DNA of 60,019 bases, counting the filler, from Basidiobolus ranarum (taxonomy: Eukaryota), in assembly GCA_040143965.1 (NCBI GenBank). It is 9 parts of 9 records of this genome, joined end to end, with 100 filler letters (N's around TTAATTAATTAA, not from the genome) between each part and the next. Parts side by side here need not be neighbours in the genome. Positions count along the whole stretch, not along the records: positions 1 to 6,600 come from JASJQH010008164.1; positions 6,701 to 13,296 come from JASJQH010008165.1; 7 more parts are not named here. One strand, given 5' to 3'. A program made the translations under genes and the position numbers. The notes below the pieces were generated by a model that was given only the letters and a program-made list of their open reading frames with translations, was not told where the DNA came from and ran no database searches. Positions 1 to 12,810 of the stretch are shown here, piece after piece (within the stretch, counting starts at the first letter, position 1; every line of letters begins with the position of its first letter).

Positions 1-1190
1 CTATATTGAGCATGCAGATGGATTTGTTGACCCAAAACACCCTGATCCAGTCTGTAAGCTGCAAAAGTTGCTATATGGACTCAAGCAAGCTCTTAGGGCA
101 TGGCACAACAAGATAGATACCTATTTTCAATCACCAGAATTCCACAAATACTCAGCAGTTCCCAGTATTTACATCATAACAACTGGAAATAGGATCCTTA
201 TCTTAGTGCTCTAAGTAGATGATTAGATCAAAGCCACACATGATCTAGAAGCCTTGATTTAGAGAAAATGCAGCTTATCAAACCAAATTCAGCTGCCTGA
301 TATGGGTGATTCAAGTTATTTGCTTGGAATCCAAATTCAGAAATATACACCCAATCAGAAAATCATGCTCAATCTGTCTAGATACATCCTAGACATTCTA
401 AAATACATCAACATGTAGAATCTCAGGCCTGTATTAACACCAATGTCACCCTATGTAAAATTAGGCAATTATCTTCCAATTTGGCCCAAAATGACTCAAA
501 TCAAAACCAGGAGTTCCCTCATCAATCTGTGGTGTGTATTTAATGCATTCAATGGTTGAAACAGGTCCAGACATTGCAATAACAGTGGGAACTGTTGGCC
601 AATAGCTCAAATAAACAGGAACTGAGCATTAAACTACAGTAAAACACATATTTGGGTATCTGAGAGGAACCGTAGATCAAGTTCTTAAATAGTCTACCAC
701 TCCCAATGCACAATTTTGAAGGGTGCAGTGATGCACATGGGGAAAGAAACTTTGATCATAGGAAATCAACAACTGGGTACACTTTTGTCAGTGGTAATGC
801 AACCATAACTTGTAATAATTGGAAGCAATCAACCATAACACTCTCCACTACAGAAGCAGAGTTTATGGCTGTCTCTGCTACTACACAAGAAGCTATATGA
901 TTAAGGAAGTTATTTAGAAACTTAGGATACATGCAAAAAAGGTGCTGCTACTCTATCAGAAGCTAAATATAATTGTATTTTATTAGCTCAAAACCCTACA
1001 TATGATGTTATAACAAAATTTATATATATTAGGCAGCATATTGCTCAAGCAGCAATAGAGAATGGTAAAATTACACTTGTCTATTGCTCTACTGAAGCAA
1101 CAACTGCTAACATCTTAATCAAACCTTTGGCTAAAGCACAGCATGAATTTTGATGATATAAATTAGAAATATGAAAAATACAAAATAAAT
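1..1190 (+). mobile_element. Degenerate Ty1/copia reverse transcriptase-RNase H (3' pol), many stops and frameshifts
   Basis: Translates as GFVDPKHPDPVCKLQKLLYGLKQALRAWHNKID (copia RT) and RKSTTGYTF..KQSTITLSTTEAEFMA, then ANILIKPL (copia RNase H); followed by an LTR. Confidence 0.92.
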
Positions 1191-1203
1191 AGTTGAACAT
1201 GAA

Positions 1204-1553
1204 TGTGAAATTAAGTAAATAAATATTTCAAAAGTTAGCTTATTCATGTTTGTTCAATTAGCACCCAATGCTGCCATTCAAAAATGTATGTATTTAATTT
1301 AATTGATAGGAATATTGAATAGATCACTTTTTCCAATTTTCACAATTTTCTCAAAACTTCTCCAAATCACCTGATATTTTCACCCATGCTTGACAGGCCA
1401 ATTTGTTATGATCTAAGCATATCCAATAATTCCATTTGATTGTTAATTATACATAGGACATATTCAATTCAACACAATTCAAGTGTCTATTTTCCAAATC
1501 CAAATCTTGTCCAAAACCCATTGAAATCCCCTGAACACTTTTATTAATAAACA
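1204..1553 (+). repeat. LTR family A (copia), 3' LTR of the + strand element
   Basis: TGTGAAATT...AAACA; homologous to 2899-3248, 5195-5675, 24260-24613, 26371-26672 and 48293-48576. Confidence 0.85.
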
Positions 1554-2898
1554 CATGTTGGTGAATTTAATTATTTTGAATTTTTCTTAAGTCTAACTTT
1601 TATCTTGATAACTCAAATTGTGCTTTAGCTAAGGTTTTGGTTAATATATCAGCAATATTCACTTCAGTACAATAACAGACTAGTTCAGTTACATCATTAT
1701 CTATTGCTTTGCCAACAAATTGATGCTCAATATATATATGTTCTGTTCTAGCACAGAATGTAAGGTTTTCAGGTAATGAATTAGAACTTTGATTATCTTC
1801 AAATATAATAAGAGCACATTTTTGCATGTTTCCTAAGCCTGAAAAAAACTGCTTAACCACATACCTTTTTGTATAGTAGTGGAGGCAGTCATATACTCTG
1901 CTTCTGTAATGGCAAGTGGTATGGATGCTTGCCTCTTACTACACCAATATATGGCTCCTTTACCATGTACTCTGATTCTGCAGTGGAGAGTGCTTTGGCT
2001 TTTTGAGATATTGGCTTACAGTTACTACTGACACAGCAATGTCTCAATGTATTGCGGTTGGTTGCTTCTTACTATTCTAAGTTTTGGCTCCATTACCATA
2101 GAGAAAAGTGTTCCTAGTTCTTGATCTTCCATCATCAAGGTTTCTTCCCCAATCTGCATCACTATAGCCATCAACATTCTGTGCATCAGGAGTGGCAGAG
2201 TACTCCGGAACATTTATTTTACTGAAGTTTTGTGCTCAGATCCTGAGCTCCAGAGCTATTGGCTGACAGTCTCCACTGCCACATAAATGTCTAGATGTGC
2301 TCTAACCATTTTATACATCAAACTGCTCACCATGGATTGATAAAAAACTCCTAGCTTTGATTTCAGCCATTTTGGGCTAATTTAGATGAATTTTTAATTA
2401 ATTTCACAATGGGATCTATTGGTTTTGACCTAGGCATGCTATTCTCCATAGTGCAGCATCGTAGGATGTCTAGGTTGCTCTAGACTGATTCAGCATGCAT
2501 CTCAGATTGAGTTTATCTCATGTGCATGGAAATAGCTTAACTCACCGACATCAGTCATCTGAAATTGGTTTGATAGGCTGCTTTTTGTCTGATTAAGTAC
2601 TTCTAGATCATATGTGGCTATAATCAAGTCAGCCACATATAGTGCCAAGATACAGATCCTATTTCTAGTTATTTTGTTGTTAATACTCTGACCTGCTGAG
2701 CATTTTTAGAGTTCCTATGCTTCCAAGTAGGTATCTATCTTATTGTACCAGCTGAGCATATGGGGATTGATCCAATGGAGCTAATTGTAGCCATTGGAGC
2801 AGTAACTTCATGGTAATTTACTCTTGGTGTCTGGGAATAACCTTTTCCAACTAAACTTGCTTAATACACTTCTATGGCTCCATTGGATTCGTTTTTCC

Positions 2899-3248
2899 TG
2901 ATAAATGTATTTAGGGGATTTGGAAGTGTTTTGTACAAGATTTGGATTTTTGAATTAGACACTTGAGATTTGTTGCATTGAAAATGTCTTATTTATACTT
3001 TACTGAGAAAAAGGACTATTGGATGTGCTTGGAACATAACAAAATGCCTGTTAAGCATGGGTGAAAATTTGAGGTGAATTGGAGATGTTTGAGAGAATAG
3101 TGAAAATTGGTAAAAGTGATCTAATTGATATTTCTATCAACTAGAGCAATAAACACACATTTTTGAATGACAGAAACAGGTTCTCAAAAATGGGAATGTG
3201 AACAAACTAACTCCAAATTAATGAGTTGGCATTTATCTCATTTTGATA
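2899..3248 (-). repeat. Solo LTR family A inserted between integrase and RT
   Basis: Homologous to 5325-5675 (AGGGGATTTGGAAGTGTTTTGTACAAGATTTGGA...AAGCATGGGTGAAAATTTGAGG); ends approximate. Confidence 0.82.
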
Positions 3249-5182
3249 TTGCCACTATGGACCCATTTGCAAGTAATTTACTTTCTCCCAGATGGTAGGA
3301 GGCTTAAAACCAAGGTTTTTTTGGCCGGCAGAGAACAAAACTCATCAGACCTTGCTTGTCCCATATATTTGATGCTTGTCACTCCAGAGCTTGATTCAGA
3401 TTCTGTTCCTTACTACAGAATGCTATAGAGGCATAGTGAGCATCATTGAAAGTGTTACCCATTTTCCTGGCTTATTTCTCCTTCTGGATGATCTTCTTGG
3501 TCCCTCATTAGCCTCAGATAGAATTTGGACTGAAATTCTGATTAAAAAGGACTCCTATACAGCTGGAACTTTGTTTGACACTTTCTGCATAGTGCTGATT
3601 AAGTTTCAGGATCAAGAACTGTGATCAGAGATGAAAATATTTCTTATTCATCAAAAATTACATCTCTGCACTTGGTTAACTTCTGATTTTTTGTATCAAA
3701 CATTCTGTAGGCCTTAAGTCAATTGCTGTAGCCAAGAAATATGCATTTTCTACTTTTAGGAAATTATTTAGCACATTTTTGAGCTGGAATTAGGAAAGTT
3801 GCTGTGCAACCAAATATCCTGAGATGATACACACTGGGTATTAATCCACATAGTGCTTTGAAAGAAGTAGATTTTTGTTGGAATTCCATTGTGCATCTAT
3901 TGTAAATATAGACTGTGTTAAAGAATGATTCAGCCCAAATACTAGTAATCTAACTTTTGATTGTTTAACATTGACTTTGCCATCTCCAATATGGACCTAT
4001 TAGCAAGTACAGCTACTTAAATTTGCTGTTGAATATATGGTACAGTAGGTTGTTGCTTAATTTCAAGATTAAGACAAAAACTAGCAAAGTCTTTAGCAAA
4101 ATATTTAACACCACTATCTCTCAATAGCGCCCTTGTTTTTTGTGCTGATTCTTTCTCTATTTTAGCTTTTTAGTTAGTGAGTATTGTAATGGCTTCCAAT
4201 TTTGATTCAAGAAAATACACACAAGCAAATTTTGCTTTGTCATCAAGAAAGATCATAAAGTACATTTTGCCATCTAGGGAGATGCTTTCATGTGCCCACA
4301 GAGGTTAGCATGATTAAGAGCAGAATTCTTAGTGGAATGGATGTCCTCAGAGCTTAAAAAAGGCAGTCTGTGATGTTTTCCATTTAAGCAATCTTCACGC
4401 AGATCTAATATAATGATATTTTCAATTTCCAAGCTGATACATACTGAGTTTGAATCATTTGGAAGAGTTTTTTTTCCCAAAGTGGCGGATTTCTCTACAC
4501 CATACTTAACAACTATATTCATTGGGTTTGGCTGAGTTTGCATGTTCAGAATGCAATTTGTTGATGTGTTACTTGTATAAGGTTTGCACTTTGATATCCA
4601 TAGCCTAGTTGGCTTTGTTCCAAGCTTTGATAGTGCATTTGGACTTGATGATGGCTCTAATCTTGATTCTAAGGCATTGATAAGGAACCAAACTCATTAG
4701 ACAGGCTCCTAAGTAGTGTTGTGAATAAGTAATTTTCATTCACAGGTGCTTCAATGAATGAGAACTGAGCGGCCATAGTGGATATTGAATTTGTGTGATT
4801 GGACATAGAATCTGCATAATTCATCTAATTGAGAATGATTTTTCTCTAAGACATGGCCTATTAGCTAGAATTCATGTCTCATATAGTCCCTCAATTGTTT
4901 CCCAAGCAGTTTGGATGTTCTTGGCTGAGTGTATATGAGAGTTTCTTAGGTTAAAAAAAGTGTCAAGAGTACTTTCTTCTGCCTCATGTGAAAGGAAAGC
5001 ATGACTACCATTGGTCCCATTTACTCAATTTCTTCCCATTTAACAAATCCTCAAACATCCTTGTCTCCTAGCCCCATTTGCATCTTTAACTACCAAAGGA
5101 AAATGTCTTCACCATCAAAATTCTGTGTGGATACAAAATGTTGGTAGTATTACCAGTTGATGTTCCTCTAACAGCTAGCATT

Positions 5183-5194
5183 GGCCTTATAACC
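5183..5194 (-). promoter_or_regulatory. Degenerate primer-binding site (half-tRNA iMet type)
   Basis: GGTTATAAGGCC immediately after LTR-terminal CA; decayed form of GGTTATGAGCCC seen at 26785-26797 and 48281-48292. Confidence 0.65.
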
Positions 5195-5675
5195 TGATCT
5201 AATGTGTAGGGGATTTAAAAGTATTTTGGACAAGATTTGGATTTGTGAAACAATACTTACGTTTATTGAATAAAATAGTCCTATTTATGGTTTACTACAA
5301 GATAAGGCTTTTGAATGTGCTTGATGATAAAAGTGTCCAGGGGATTTGAAAGTGTTTTGTACAAGATTTGGATTTGTTATTTAGCCACTTAGGTTTTATT
5401 GAAATGAATATGTCTTGTTTACAGTCTGCGATGCAATAGAAGTATTGGATTTGCTTAGATCATAACAAACTTACCTGTTAAGCATGGGTGAAAATTTGAG
5501 GTGATTTGGAGAAGTTTTGAAAAATAGTGAAAATTGATGAAAGTGATCTAATTGCTATTTCTGTCAATTAGATCAATAAAAACTCATTTTTGAATGGCAG
5601 AATTGAGTGCTAAATAATCCGAATAAGAATAAACTGACTACTAAACAATTAGTTGATATTTACCTAATTTCAATA
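5195..5675 (-). repeat. LTR family A with ~131-bp duplication of its 3' part; lies between two head-to-tail elements
   Basis: Begins TATTGAAATT after the PPT and ends CA before the PBS; AGGGGATTT..CAAGATTTGGATTTG occurs at 5208 and 5339. Confidence 0.85.
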
Positions 5676-6600
5676 TTCCCACTCAACTAATGATTTTGTA
5701 TTTCTCTTAAACTTAACTTATATCTTAATAATTCAAATTGTACTTGAACTAAAGGTTTGGTTAAGATGTCAGCTATCATTTCTTCCGTAATGAAATAGGC
5801 AAGTTCAATTGTATCATTCCCTCTTGCTTCTCTAACAAAATGGTGCCTAATATTGATACATTTTGTTCTGTCATGAAACACAGGGTTTTTAGCTAATGCA
5901 ATACCACTTTGATTATCTTCAAATAGAGTAATAGCACATTTTTGCATGTAACCTAAGTCTGGAAAAAACTTCCTTAACTACATAGCTTGTTGAGTAGTAG
6001 CAGAGACAGCTATGTACTCTGATTCTGCAGTGGAAAGTGCTATAGCTTTTTGAGATATTGGCTTACAGTTACTACTGACACAGTAATGCCCCAATGCATT
6101 ATGGTTGGTAGCTTCTTACTATTCTAAGTTATGGCTCCATTACCATAAAGAAAAGTGTTCCCAGTTCTTGAACTTCTATCATCAAGGTTACTTCCCCAGT
6201 CTGCATCACTGTAGCCTTCAAAATTTTGTGCATCAGGAGTGGCGGAGTATTCAAGGACATTTGTTTTACTGCAGTTTTGTGCTCATATTCTTGATTTTTG
6301 AAATATTGGCCAACAGCTCTTACTGCCACAGCAATGTCTGGATGTATTCCTACCATTGCATACATTGAACCTATCATCATGGATTGATGAGGGAACTCCT
6401 GGCATTGATTTGAGTCATTTTGGGCCAAATCATGCATTTTAGAATGTCTAGGATGTCTCTTGACTGATTCAGTTTGATTTTCGGATTTGGTTTAGCTTTC
6501 TTGATTTGAGTTACAAGAAAATAACTTCATCACCCATGTAGGTTGTCTGAAATTGGTTTGATAAGCGGCTTTTTGTCTGATGAAGTGTTTCAAATCATAT
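5676..6600 (-). mobile_element. Degenerate Ty1/copia RT-RNase H plus polypurine tract
   Basis: ORF 5687-5947 FEDNQSGIALAKNPVFHDRTKCINIRHHF..ADILTKPL; GSMYAMVGIHPDIA; PPT-like TTGAGTGGGAA at 5676-5686. Confidence 0.92.
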
Positions 6601-6700
6601 NNNNNNNNNNNNNNNNNNNNNNNNNNNNNNNNNNNNNNNNNNNNTTAATTAATTAANNNNNNNNNNNNNNNNNNNNNNNNNNNNNNNNNNNNNNNNNNNN
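6601..6700. other. Artificial contig-join spacer
   Basis: N44-TTAATTAATTAA-N44 (stops in all six frames). Confidence 0.99.
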
Positions 6701-6989
6701 CACTAAGGCCCTAGGTATTGCGGGATTGGGTGCAGCACAACAAAGTGAGGTCACAAAATGGTGTGCGACTGCTTCTTCAGCTACAGCATCACCAACTTCG
6801 GTGTCCTCGGATTTAGCACCCAAACCTACCAATTCCTTACTTTCTTCAGCCAGTGTTCCTTCCAAAGCTTCGCCTACTACATCGCCTACTGGCGGCGCCG
6901 GATCTTCTAATGGTAAATCCGGTGCTGGTAAAATGGAAATGTGTATGGGGCTACTGGGAATAATTGCAGTAATCAGTTACCTAGTTTAA
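6701..6989 (+). CDS. C-terminal part of a Ser/Thr-rich, probably GPI-anchored cell-surface protein (5' truncated)
   Basis: S/T/P-rich linker, SGA omega-like site and hydrophobic tail GLLGIIAVISYLV*. Confidence 0.7.
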
Positions 6990-7144
6990 GATACTGTCTA
7001 CATGATGAAAATTGAATCATCATAGAATTTATAACCTTTTCTATTCGCAAGACAATAAACAATGCTTGAATCTTAATGAAACATCTTTCTGTCAATCTGC
7101 GTTCATCTTTATTTGATTTCCAGTAGTAACTATGATTGTAATTT

Positions 7145-7720
7145 CTACATTTTCATATGGCACTGGTATTTGATCGTATTAGCCAGTAAATCGGAGTAGG
7201 GCTTAAACTTTGGATTGCTTTTAGCACTCTTATCTAGAAAATCAATCACATTTCGTACACACGCGGAACAGATAGGGGAGCCTTTGCCTGGGAGTTTCCC
7301 TTTCAATCTTACGACTTCAGTAAACACATCTATTATGCAGTACTCCTGTTTGTTCTTTTGGCAGAACAATCCTCTAATGGTTTCATAGTTTTTTATCAGA
7401 TACTGAGAGGATTTAAATGAGATGCCTGCTGGTGCGTCAGAACAGCTCTGTCGATATTCCTTTATAATAGATGGGGTCACTTTTGGTGCACATTTAGGAA
7501 GAGCACATATTTGATCCATCAGCAAGGAATACTTCTTCTTATTTGGGTTATAAGACTTCATTATCGGTTTCATACTTGCTACAATATTCTGGTAACATTC
7601 TTTACCCCACAATTTGTCACCTAAAACATTAGTAAACTTCTGACACCGGGAGTAGCTAGTCTCCACCGCTAGAGTAGTGCAACAAAAAGCAACAAGAAGT
7701 GTACAAGTGAGACCGCGCAT
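7145..7720 (-). CDS. Secreted cysteine-rich protein of unknown function (191 aa)
   Basis: Intronless ORF, signal peptide MRGLTCTLLVAFCCTTLA, about 10 Cys in the mature region, TATA-like run upstream. Confidence 0.8.
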   Translation of the reverse strand: MRGLTCTLLVAFCCTTLAVETSYSRCQKFTNVLGDKLWGKECYQNIVASMKPIMKSYNPNKKKYSLLMDQICALPKCAPKVTPSIIKEYRQSCSDAPAGISFKSSQYLIKNYETIRGLFCQKNKQEYCIIDVFTEVVRLKGKLPGKGSPICSACVRNVIDFLDKSAKSNPKFKPYSDLLANTIKYQCHMKM

Positions 7721-8327
7721 CTTTCAAAGTAATCTGGATGTCTCAATTCAAAAAGAAAAGCAGATGAACGGTGTCTATTCGTATTATTGAACATAGGATA
7801 TATATATGAACTGGGTAAAGATATGAACTACTAAGGCATGATTAACAAGTTTCATGTATTGTAAATGCATTCTTCTATCATTGCTGAATCATCTTTCTAA
7901 GTTGGAGTTTGTAACAAGGTCCTTGAAGAAGCCGTATTCAAATTGAATCAGATCTCATCCTTTTGAACTGCTTCATAGGTATCTTCTTAAAGAGATTTTG
8001 CATTTTTGAAGTACTCATGCTATTGAAATATCTGGGTCTCACCAAGTCAGCATCCGTTGCGAAATCAGCAAGTATATTCAAGCAAGTACCAGCCACAGAA
8101 AGGGGGTTATGGTCAATGCAATTGTGGTAGTTATCTCTATTGCTCTACTTTGGTGTTAGAACCCTCCAAATTTTAAACCATACTCATCTAGCTTCCCCTC
8201 ACGCAAACTGCAATTTTTTTACTCCTCTTTATATATTATATTATCCTGGGTAAGGATGTATATCTAGGAAACAAAAAACCTCCCAAGTATTTGTGAAGAG
8301 AGGATCAAAAAAGTGGTGACATTCTGT

Positions 8328-9074
8328 TCAATTGAATTGTGAAAACTGAGGCTGTGCAAAGGAAGATCTGTGTCTCATGCCCATTTTTGGTCGAAGTCTA
8401 ACAGTAGTAACTACACGCTTAGAAACATATGTGTGCGTTGGATTATTGCCCAAAAGTTTAATGTGGATCTTGTTGATCTTCCTCTGACTTGGATCTATCA
8501 ACTGTTTCTCGTCGAAGAACTTTCGACCAGAAGGTGGGGCAGCAGCCACAATAAATGGTCGGGTGATGCCAGGGAACTTCTTTTCCAGCTCTCTTTCCAA
8601 TCCAGCCAGCCTGTGATCTATATTAGGAACCATCGTGTCAAGACCATCTGTGTTGGCGTTTACCTGGGAAGCCATTGCCCCTGAGAGGGTTATTGTTTCC
8701 CTGGCAAGCGTTACTGATTGTCCTAAGAAATGAAGAACTTGACCCAAGTTCTTCATTGCTGCAGCCAATTTGACTTTCTGAAAAGGATTGATCATCTCTA
8801 TATCATCTTTGCCATCAGATATACCTGGCCCAGGATAAGGATTTGGCTTAACCTGGGATGAAATGGCCTTGAGATTGATTAAGTTGTCATCGATCCTTCC
8901 AATATCAGACTCCAGTGAATCAATCCGCCCATCTTGCGCTTTGTTCCATAATGCCTGTCTCACGGACTCAGCAGCTAGAACCTGATTACTAGGGCTCCTA
9001 TCATATCTTAGTGGTTTCGCAATAGAAACCGACCACAACAAAGTGGAGGTGAAAGCTACGGAAAGAAGATGCAT
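8328..9074 (-). CDS. Putative secreted coiled-coil protein of unknown function
   Basis: First ATG at 9074 gives signal peptide MHLLSVAFTSTLLWSVSIA; heptad-like IDSLESDIGRIDDNLINL and LAGLERELEKK. Confidence 0.7.
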   Translation of the reverse strand: MHLLSVAFTSTLLWSVSIAKPLRYDRSPSNQVLAAESVRQALWNKAQDGRIDSLESDIGRIDDNLINLKAISSQVKPNPYPGPGISDGKDDIEMINPFQKVKLAAAMKNLGQVLHFLGQSVTLARETITLSGAMASQVNANTDGLDTMVPNIDHRLAGLERELEKKFPGITRPFIVAAAPPSGRKFFDEKQLIDPSQRKINKIHIKLLGNNPTHTYVSKRVVTTVRLRPKMGMRHRSSFAQPQFSQFN

Positions 9075-11403
9075 ATCTCTTTCAATCAGAAGACAGGCAA
9101 AAGCAAGTGTTGGAAGAATCGAAGGGTTATCTAAGGGGAGTTCTGTTGCCTCAGTAATCCCAGCCAAGAAGATCAGCGCATAACATCAATTTAAATATAT
9201 TCGCCGAGTAGTCAATTTGGATGCTAACAGCCACTCTGTCACGGTTCTGTCGTTTCATTAATCAACCAGATTGGTTACGAATTCATTTCGAATCCAGGAT
9301 AAACCATAAATATGTACTTTCCTCACAAACGGAAACCATCTAGATACAATGTTTCATCGGTTTATACAAGATGGCCACTCTCCGTGTTCAGACACAGAAA
9401 CGCAATTCGGTGAAATGAGTAAGGCGCATGTACTGTTGACACTCTTCATTATTCTAACAGTATGGTGATGTGCTGGGTTTGAAGATGCCACTAGAATATA
9501 ACGCTGTAATGTAGACTGCCATATCACGGGATAACAATACATGGAGATGTTGCTGAAAATACATTTACCCACATCACAAATTCCCTTATGCTTCTTTGCG
9601 CTGAGAGAGAGGATGTATGTTTGTTTTTTCATCCATCTTCAATCAGAATTAAACCATCATTGTGTAGGGCACGCATGTGTCTATACTCTGCATGCGATAT
9701 CATACCACATGCTCTAAGTCAAGATATCTAGTCTAAAGAATGCTGAATACGGAAATAAAACCCAGACATAGCTTTTTAGAAGTCACTAGCTAATCTGTGT
9801 TTGGGCAGTGCCAAGCATCCGTTGACTAATAGGTCAACCTGAGGCACCATATTGTTAAACTGCTTTAGAAATCTCTACTAGATAAGTATCCAGGTGAAAA
9901 ACATTTCAACATTGGATGTGACTAACGAAGAAGCAAAGGCCTGGCAGCAGTTGGTCGCCAAAGAGGCAAGTAAGAATGAAGAGATATTGGTTGATGCTAT
10001 CGACTGAAGATGCTACAATCGCTGAGCCATGACTAGCCTCGACTTACATGGTGAATCCTAGATCTTGGATCAATGTTATAGTATATATGAACATATCCTT
10101 TCACTGTCTTGTATCACCTTTTGCAAGCTATACAAGCCCAGTATGGACATAATCTACCAGGGATTGAATGTGAATTGAGGGATTATCTCAAGTTAAACGG
10201 CAGCTGTTTCTTTCCTGTTTTGATACATTTAAAGAGATGAATCGAAGGTATTATGAAGATAGTCATCTTGAATTCAGAAACTAATTAATAAAAAACTGAC
10301 ATAACTTCATATCGAAGTCTACCATAGAAATTCCGGTTCTGATGGGTGATAGAGTGAGACCATGCTCAGCATAATCCTCTCCTAAAATAGCAGCAAATTA
10401 ATCTCTGAAACTGTCATCAAATTATAAAGAATCTGTTGATAGATATTCAACAAGGCGCTCTAAGCTGGTTCAGCTAAAAACAAATGCTTAAATCGGGCGA
10501 GCGGGTAATGGCCAGGCTGAATACGTGCTAGTATTATGAAATCATTCTAGATGCGTTCCGCGGTTTAGGATTTGAGCCAAGAACTTTGTACATTATTGAT
10601 CTCTAAACCAGCTTGAACTGCCACTGATACATGCATCCAGTTTGGTATACTTGACGTACACATTATAAACTATTCTATATCTCGTAAAATTCAACATCCT
10701 ATGGAACTATTCTGGTTTGTTTATATCCTCTTCCACACAGCAATCATCTCTCATTGGAGTGTAACTAGAGTGCACCATGTTGCAGCCCAACAATCATAAA
10801 GCTCTAATCGATTTCCGGATGCACTAGATTGTTCGGTCTCTAGTGGGTTCCACTATAAAACGATCTTGTTTACTTCTGCACTGCCTATGGATCCAACAGT
10901 TGCTATTGGAAAAGTTCATGTGTATAATAACAGCTTAGTATAATATCAGCTGGTCAAGAGAGAAACTAAGTGCTAGCCCCTGATACATTATTCAGACTTA
11001 GAGATGTTAGCGATGCGGTAAGCAACTAAACCACTACATTTTGCCCAATCCAACACTTGATGTGTAATAGCCATAGATCCCATTCCATCTTTACATTATC
11101 TGAGAATGACTGTTCTCAATTTCCGGTTCGTTTAACTGATCCTCAAATCTAATATTGTTGATGGAGTGTTAATATGCCCCTTCCTAGCACTGAACCAGGT
11201 TATGTCTCGATTTGAGTTTCCAGCATCAAGACGTGGGCATCTCTTCATAAATGTGTATCCACCTGGATTATCCATATATTAATTTAATCATTACGAAGTT
11301 TTTATTTTTGACCTCTTGAGAGAAAAATTTATTTAATATCGAGCGACTCAAAACTCTACTGGTTCATTTGAGCATGACTTGATAATCGTCTGAACGTCCA
11401 GAA

Positions 11404-11939
11404 TTATTCAACTTGCACCTCTTTAGGGGTTTTGGTTTTAAGAGCAAGTGCATGCAGACCTTCAGCCAACTCATCGTTCAAAAGGCTGTAGATCATACGA
11501 TGACGCTGCATGAGGTTCTAATAAATAAAGATTCAGGGAAGAAGTTAGCGATAAGAAAGAGTTAAACGGGTAGTCTATGACGAAGACTCCCAAGGCACGC
11601 ATCATTGAAATAACGCAAAATACCTTTCCTTCAAACTGGTCAGAAACAACGTAGACTCTGAAATAATATAGTTGGTAAATCCAGCTCAACTGATAGATTT
11701 TAAATGTGTGAAGGTGTAAAAAGAGAGTATACCTGAAATGCGTTTCTTTACTTGTTACACCTTTCATAGGTGCATGATGAGCATGCAAATGAGATTCATT
11801 GACAATCTCGAGCTTTTCAGGTTTCAAACCCTCTGTCAGCTACGACAAATAAGCAAAGAAATAAATACTAGATAACTCTATACCCACTATAAGCTAGACC
11901 CACCTTCTTTTCCATGCTAAGATAAATCGGTCCACTCAT
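11404..11939 (-). CDS. bolA: BolA family protein (4 exons; an upstream targeting exon is possible)
   Basis: [85 protein letters not shown] introns. Confidence 0.92.
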
Positions 11940-12810
11940 AGTAACTCTTGTGTAAGATAGACGTTGTGAGTTGAGTAAGAATCCTTGAAACTATTAGAAA
12001 GAATTGGAAACACGTTTCGCGGTAAAAATTTCATCTGCTCAATTTTATCCTTAATCAATGTTACCGCTTTTACTAAAACAAGATGATCACAATTCCCACT
12101 TTGATACGCCATCCTAAAATCTATGCACCAGAGATATGTCAAGTATTCAAAGTATCTGGTAATATCGGGTGTGCAGCTATCAAAGACTCTCGTTAATTGT
12201 GTGTGGAGGATGTCAGTTTGAGTTTACATCAGAATTCTCAGGTTATTAGTTCCATTGGGATTGTAGCATAGACGCAGATTCATCGGTGAGCATCTTGTCT
12301 GAATGATCATATATTGTGAGTTGATTTTGTTGTGGTTTTACTGACCAAGTGATGCTACAGAGAGGATTTGTTGGTTTCCTTGGATTCCTCTGGTTCGCAA
12401 TTGACTATTGAATTCATCAAGCACTATCACAATACATCATTCAACCTAAATCCACGATGTACATAGAGATTTGGTACGAATGTATTGATCTAACCGTATT
12501 GCAAATGGCAACATTTCCATCACATCCGAAGACGACAAGGCAGATGGAGTCAGCCGACGCCATTATTAAATCCACATGTGAACTTGATTTATCGCTGGAA
12601 AGGCGCCAACGCCTAATGTACCTAGGTATTTTAAGAAGCCCTTTCGAAACAAGTCGATGAGAAGTATAAATATCTGCACTTACATACATCTTCAGTCATT
12701 CGAGGCATCACCCAAGTACTTTCTCATTAACGTGTGATCTAGGTTTGGATTCGACCCTGCTCTCTATCTTGAAGCTACACATTCTTCTCTTAAAGTATAG
12801 CAAATCTACC

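Larger units (their letters stand above)
1565..5194 (-). mobile_element. Near-complete degenerate Ty1/copia internal region (PBS-gag-integrase-RT-RNase H) interrupted by a solo LTR
   Basis: gag start FDGED..KMQM (~5050-5140); integrase YFMIFLDDKAKFACVYFL, LRDSGG, TVPYIQQQ..ANRSILEMAKSM (~3950-4270); RT ~2200-2750; RNase H IFEDNQ..ADILTKTL (1600-1860); copia domain order. Confidence 0.88.

Noticed and set aside
9890..10480. Protein-like fragments (LDVTNEEAKAWQQLV on +; stop-interrupted frames on -)
   Set aside because: Short, no recognisable family and no consistent gene model; may be decayed genes but not supportable.
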